Origin: Bugula neritina
Lineage: Eukaryota; Animalia; Bryozoa
Direction of reading: 5' to 3'
Assembly: GCA_964035545.1 (NCBI GenBank)
Contig: OZ037765.1
Coordinates: 3,224,001-3,288,000 of the forward strand
Length of the DNA stretch: 64,000 nucleotides
Notes under the pieces: model-generated
Database searches by the model: none
What the model saw: the letters and a program-made list of their open reading frames with translations, nothing else
What the model was told of the DNA's origin: nothing
Made by a program: the position numbers and the translations under genes
Shown here: piece after piece, positions 59,783 through 64,000 of the stretch
Layout: every line of letters starts with the position of its first letter
Position numbering within the stretch: position 1 is the stretch's first letter

Positions 59783-61380
59783 GTTAACACTACTTGGTAA
59801 TGTATATACACTGAGAGAGTGCTCAGTAAAGTTAAGTTATACTATAGAGTTATATTAGTAGGTATTTTGCATTACAAAAGGCAGCTTTTGTTAACTTCAC
59901 AATATAAAAGTTGCATGACTATAGTGCAAAGATGTTTTCTTAGCTATTTCAAAGAAAGCTAGCTTTTATAGCTTGTCTGCTTTATATTGAAATGTTGACA
60001 GGTGCTAGACTATATGTTCAAATTAAATGCTCTAATAGCCGTTCAATGGGCTCAGTTATACACTATATAGAACACAACTATCTATACTATTCAGATAACT
60101 ATAAATATATTCATTCAGAACTGCTATTATAATAATCATTACTATAACTTTTTCATGTGCAGTTAATTTAGAATGAGTATGTCTCTATATAATATATTAT
60201 CTTAAATAATCTATCATGTAAGCTATAAACAGGTAACTAAGTAAATTACATGGAATAGATTACAATGAAGGAGTAATTAACAAGATTAATATGCAATTTT
60301 ATTTTAACTGTTTTTTGTTGGCACACATTTTCAATAAGCAGAAAACAAAATAAGTATCAAAATAATATCCAATTGCACCAGCTTATAGTCACAAACCTTA
60401 GACTCAATGAGTTCAAATGTTACAAACCTTAGTCCCAATTTGAGATTAAATGTATGAAATGCCAATAAAGCCATTAAAACATATTATTAAAAACAAAAAA
60501 AAACAATGATATTTTTAATTAGAATAGATAAAATATCTTAAACATTATACGTAACATTGCTGCTCAAACTTGAAGTGATTGCTTAGAAGTTTCCAAAACG
60601 TTTGTTACAATTTAGAAGGATATGTTCGGATTTAATAGTAGCAGAGTATGTGACCAAATTATATTTTATAATTTATAATAAGTCACACGATCTGTTGTAA
60701 AAAGTTTAGAAAAATAATAATTAAGAGCATTGAGTACTTCACAACCCAAGTTAATGGTGTAAAGCATTCTTCATTAAATCCACAAGTTTATATACTCCTT
60801 ATCTTGTACTCCATGAAAACCAATTGTTTGATCAATATTTTTTTATTGTTGCAGATTTATAAAAATTTATTATATATGGGGCAACAAGTGAAAAACTACA
60901 AAGCTATAATCTGAACCAACCAACATTAAGCAATTTTGAAAACTCCCAAATTTCAAAAATGGCTTTCTCTGCACGGTTTCATGCAAAAGGTTGCTTCAAA
61001 GTCACAAGGTTATATTAGTACACTAGAAAACATGAATTATTAAGTTTAAAATAATCACAAAATCCTTTAATCAATTATATAATGCAAACACAAAAATTAT
61101 GTTTATCAATATAGAAGCATAAAAGAAGCCAAGTAACTTGACATGTATTTAATTTTCTTAACGGATTACCAAATTTGAGTACATGCCATATATTTCAAAG
61201 ATAAAAAGTTATTTGAAACAATATTAAAAAACCACACTTTAATTCTAAACAGGTAACTGCACCACTATCAACTTATTTATGTGAATGCAAAAAAAAACTT
61301 AAATTTTATTTACAGTTATCACTTTTGATGCTGATTGGCAATTCTATTTGGAAAAAGGTTACCTAAAAATGCCAAAATGA

Positions 61381-61466
61381 TCCCGTGAACCAGATTTGAA
61401 CTGGTGACCTAAGGATTTCTAGTTGACAACTACAGTCCTCCGCTCTACCAACTGAGCTATCACGGG
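61381..61466 (-). tRNA. trnY-GTA: tRNA-Tyr(GTA) with 13-nt intron, duplicate
   Basis: Identical to 47060-47145. Confidence 0.93.
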
Positions 61467-63123
61467 GTTATTGGCTACAGTCCTGTATCAATACTGTATA
61501 TTTCAGCAAATTATTAATGATTTCCACTTCCACTTATATATGCTATATTTTACAAAGACATAATTGTTCCCAGATAACAGTAGATTAATATTATATTCAC
61601 TGTTATTGTCTTACAATAATTTGACAGGATTGAAAAAATAAATAACATTCATAGGTAATAACACTTTTATTTTGTGATGACATGTGATGTCATAGTATTT
61701 TCAGGCATGAGCATTTGCAAATAATGTTTCCATCTCATTAGTCACTTTAGCGAATTGCTGGCTCTACATAATATACAATTATAGGCAGATCGGTTGTCAT
61801 GGCAACATATAGCTCATTAGGATGACTCATTCTCAATAAAAATATACTAGCAATATTCTTAGTTATAAAATTATTTTTGTCAATCTGCCTATATAATAAT
61901 TTAGATCTTGCAACTAACCACATTCTCTTAACTCCATTACAATTCAAAGTGAAGCTATTAAAATCATTGATTGTACAAAGTTAAAAACATGAAATTCAAA
62001 GCATTAAGCCTGTGTAACACAAAAGTTTATTAAAAATAGACGGTAATATTAACCTACCAGGGTAAGCTCCAGCTCCAGAGTATTGTGTGCTGGCTATCAC
62101 TTGTCAGTAGCTTTAGTACCTGCTAGCTTGTAGCTTGTCAACATTGGGATCATCTTACATAGACATGCAAAATAAAAGTATATATAGCTACTCACCATCA
62201 GGTTTTTATATATTTTGTAAAACCAAATATTAATACAAATATAATATAATATTGAACTGTATCGAAATTTAACAAAACACTTCAATTTCATTGCGTCTTA
62301 AAGCATCATAGCCACTTTTAAGACAAGCTGCAAAGCAATTATAGCCTTGTAGAGAACAAGCTATACTGCCAATAGCTTGTCAAGTATTAATTCTTGTATA
62401 ACAGTTTAATAGCTCAATATTTTATGTCTTTGTTATCAATATATGGTCAGCTTTTACTTTGACTTTCTGACTCTGAGTTTTTGCATAATTAGTTGGGATA
62501 CATTAGTTTGCTGTAATTTCTGTTTACAAGTTGTCTCCTCCACAAACTGTAAACTGACGAACTTAATATACAATTTACTGCAAGAACATTCAATACACTT
62601 TGATATAGCTTCTCATAGTTTTGATGATTCTCTACATCTCTTGAATCCTAGTGTTTGCAGATTGCTGAAAGAAATTTGCTGCATAATTAGTGTATGACAA
62701 AATTATAATTGACTACTTTTAAACTTGTGTTAAAAAATCCTTTAAAGTAGTATATGGTATTCTTAAAATGTTTTAACTTAGTTAAAAATGGTATTTACAA
62801 GTTGTTTTTAATAAGTAACACATATATTAGCAAGCCATACTTGATGGTACATTGCTAGCCCTTGTTGCTGTATACAAATTAATTTATATTTTTAATATTT
62901 TTTCTGAAACAGAAAAATGCTACTCGAAGTCGAGGTTTTAGAAACAAGCAGCTGTTTAACTCTGCACCCTCTCAATTAAAGTATATTAGAGTCCTTTCCT
63001 TTTTAATTTTACAAAGTGCAAAGTTGTCACTATATTCATGCATGATGTATTAAACTTTGCCATATTTACCTTTTAAAAGTGTTAGATAACACAAGATTAT
63101 CTCTGGTTTGTTTGTATTATTAG

Positions 63124-63299
63124 GTTGGGTGGTTGGAGTAGCAGTTGGTGTTCCAATGGGTTTCATTAACATTATACTAGCAGTGATTATTATTGCAATG
63201 CTAAGGAAAAAGTCTGCTGGTAATAGGTACAGAGGGCAGAGCTCACAAGCTAAGGAAGAAGCAGACGAAGTAGAACTGATACCTGCTCTCGTTAGTTAG
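63124..63299 (+). pseudogene. Orphan TM exon of a third receptor paralogue, inverted orientation
   Basis: AG acceptor then GWVVGVAVGVPMGFINIILAVIIIAMLRKK, nearly identical to the TM exons at 15510 and 51166; no upstream exons found on + strand. Confidence 0.65.
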
Positions 63300-64000
63300 A
63301 TTTGAAAAGCTATAGTGTGCCGGGCAAATGAGAACAAAGAGCTGTATATGATAATCTAATTTTTCAGACGTTGATATTTTAAAATCATGAATATATAAAA
63401 AAATATATTATTAAAAAAACAATGAGAAGAATTGAATTTAGTTACTCATGAAAAATCTTTTTTTCAAATTTTACTTAAGTTTAGAGCTAATTTTTGTAGG
63501 GTTTAAAAGCTGCAATTTGCTAATAGAAAATCATTTTGAAACAGCTAAATAATATGACAATAGCGGTTTATACATTAATATGCACGATTGAAAAAAATGC
63601 ACAGCTTCAATTTTTAATTTTAAGCCAACCTAATGAAAAACTAGCTGCCGTACAGCTTGTGGTTTTCATGATTGCAATTTTTTTTAATTTAAAGACCTTT
63701 GAATTATAGGTTGCATTTATAGTAGGCACACTTGGATTACAATTTTTTATTATCCAATAAATACTTTTACAATCAGAATCATTCTGATAAATTACCTGAC
63801 TTGTGCCAGGATTGTTGCAGTTTTATTTCCATTATTTGATTGACATGCTGTCATCAATACTTGTGAGAATAGCCCGGAATGAGTCATCTATCTCAACTCC
63901 GTATTATAATTTAGTATGATTGAAGCTTGATGAGCAATCTTTGTGTTCAACTATGTAGTTTGTTGTTGGCTAATCTGTGAGCTGCTTAAAATTCTATTAT

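Noticed and set aside
50835-62660. Copy 2 as an uncollapsed haplotype artefact of copy 1
   Set aside because: The 3-prime halves differ too much (Sushi number, tails, distinct insertions) for a simple allelic duplicate, though long reads should confirm

Overview
AT-rich invertebrate animal genomic DNA with spliceosomal introns; the host taxon cannot be fixed from sequence alone. The window holds: (i) two tandem 4-exon paralogues for an uncharacterised secreted protein (0.8-6.8 kb); (ii) a single-exon Golgi-type sulfotransferase-like gene (11.1-12.5 kb); (iii) a tandemly duplicated type I membrane receptor gene (signal-PAN-PAN-unknown beta domain-FN3-linker domain-Sushi(n)-TM-tyrosine-motif tail). 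Copy 1 (14969-45370) has an open spliced frame, copy 2 (50835-59782) is frameshifted, each copy has an intron-containing tRNA-Tyr gene upstream, and an orphan inverted TM exon lies at 63.1 kb. (iv) A full-length 15.1-kb Polinton/Maverick (adintovirus-type endogenous virus, 25220-40363, 6-bp TSD TCTGAA, ~630-bp TIRs) sits in intron 3 of copy 1. (v) There are Academ, Tc1 fold-back, MITE, RTE and SINE-like relics. The most unusual signals are in the Polinton: a 101-nt fold-back hairpin at each extremity, four subterminal genes sharing an MSVYKFG-like N-terminal motif (one repeat-shaft fibre-like protein plus three divergent paralogous globular proteins), an ATAAATG start motif on every intact gene start, a Zn-finger/PLA2/integrase/chromodomain fusion bracketed by GxG protease-type sites, and a palindromic repeat array. 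The receptor pair looks like a diversifying immune or allorecognition-type cluster.
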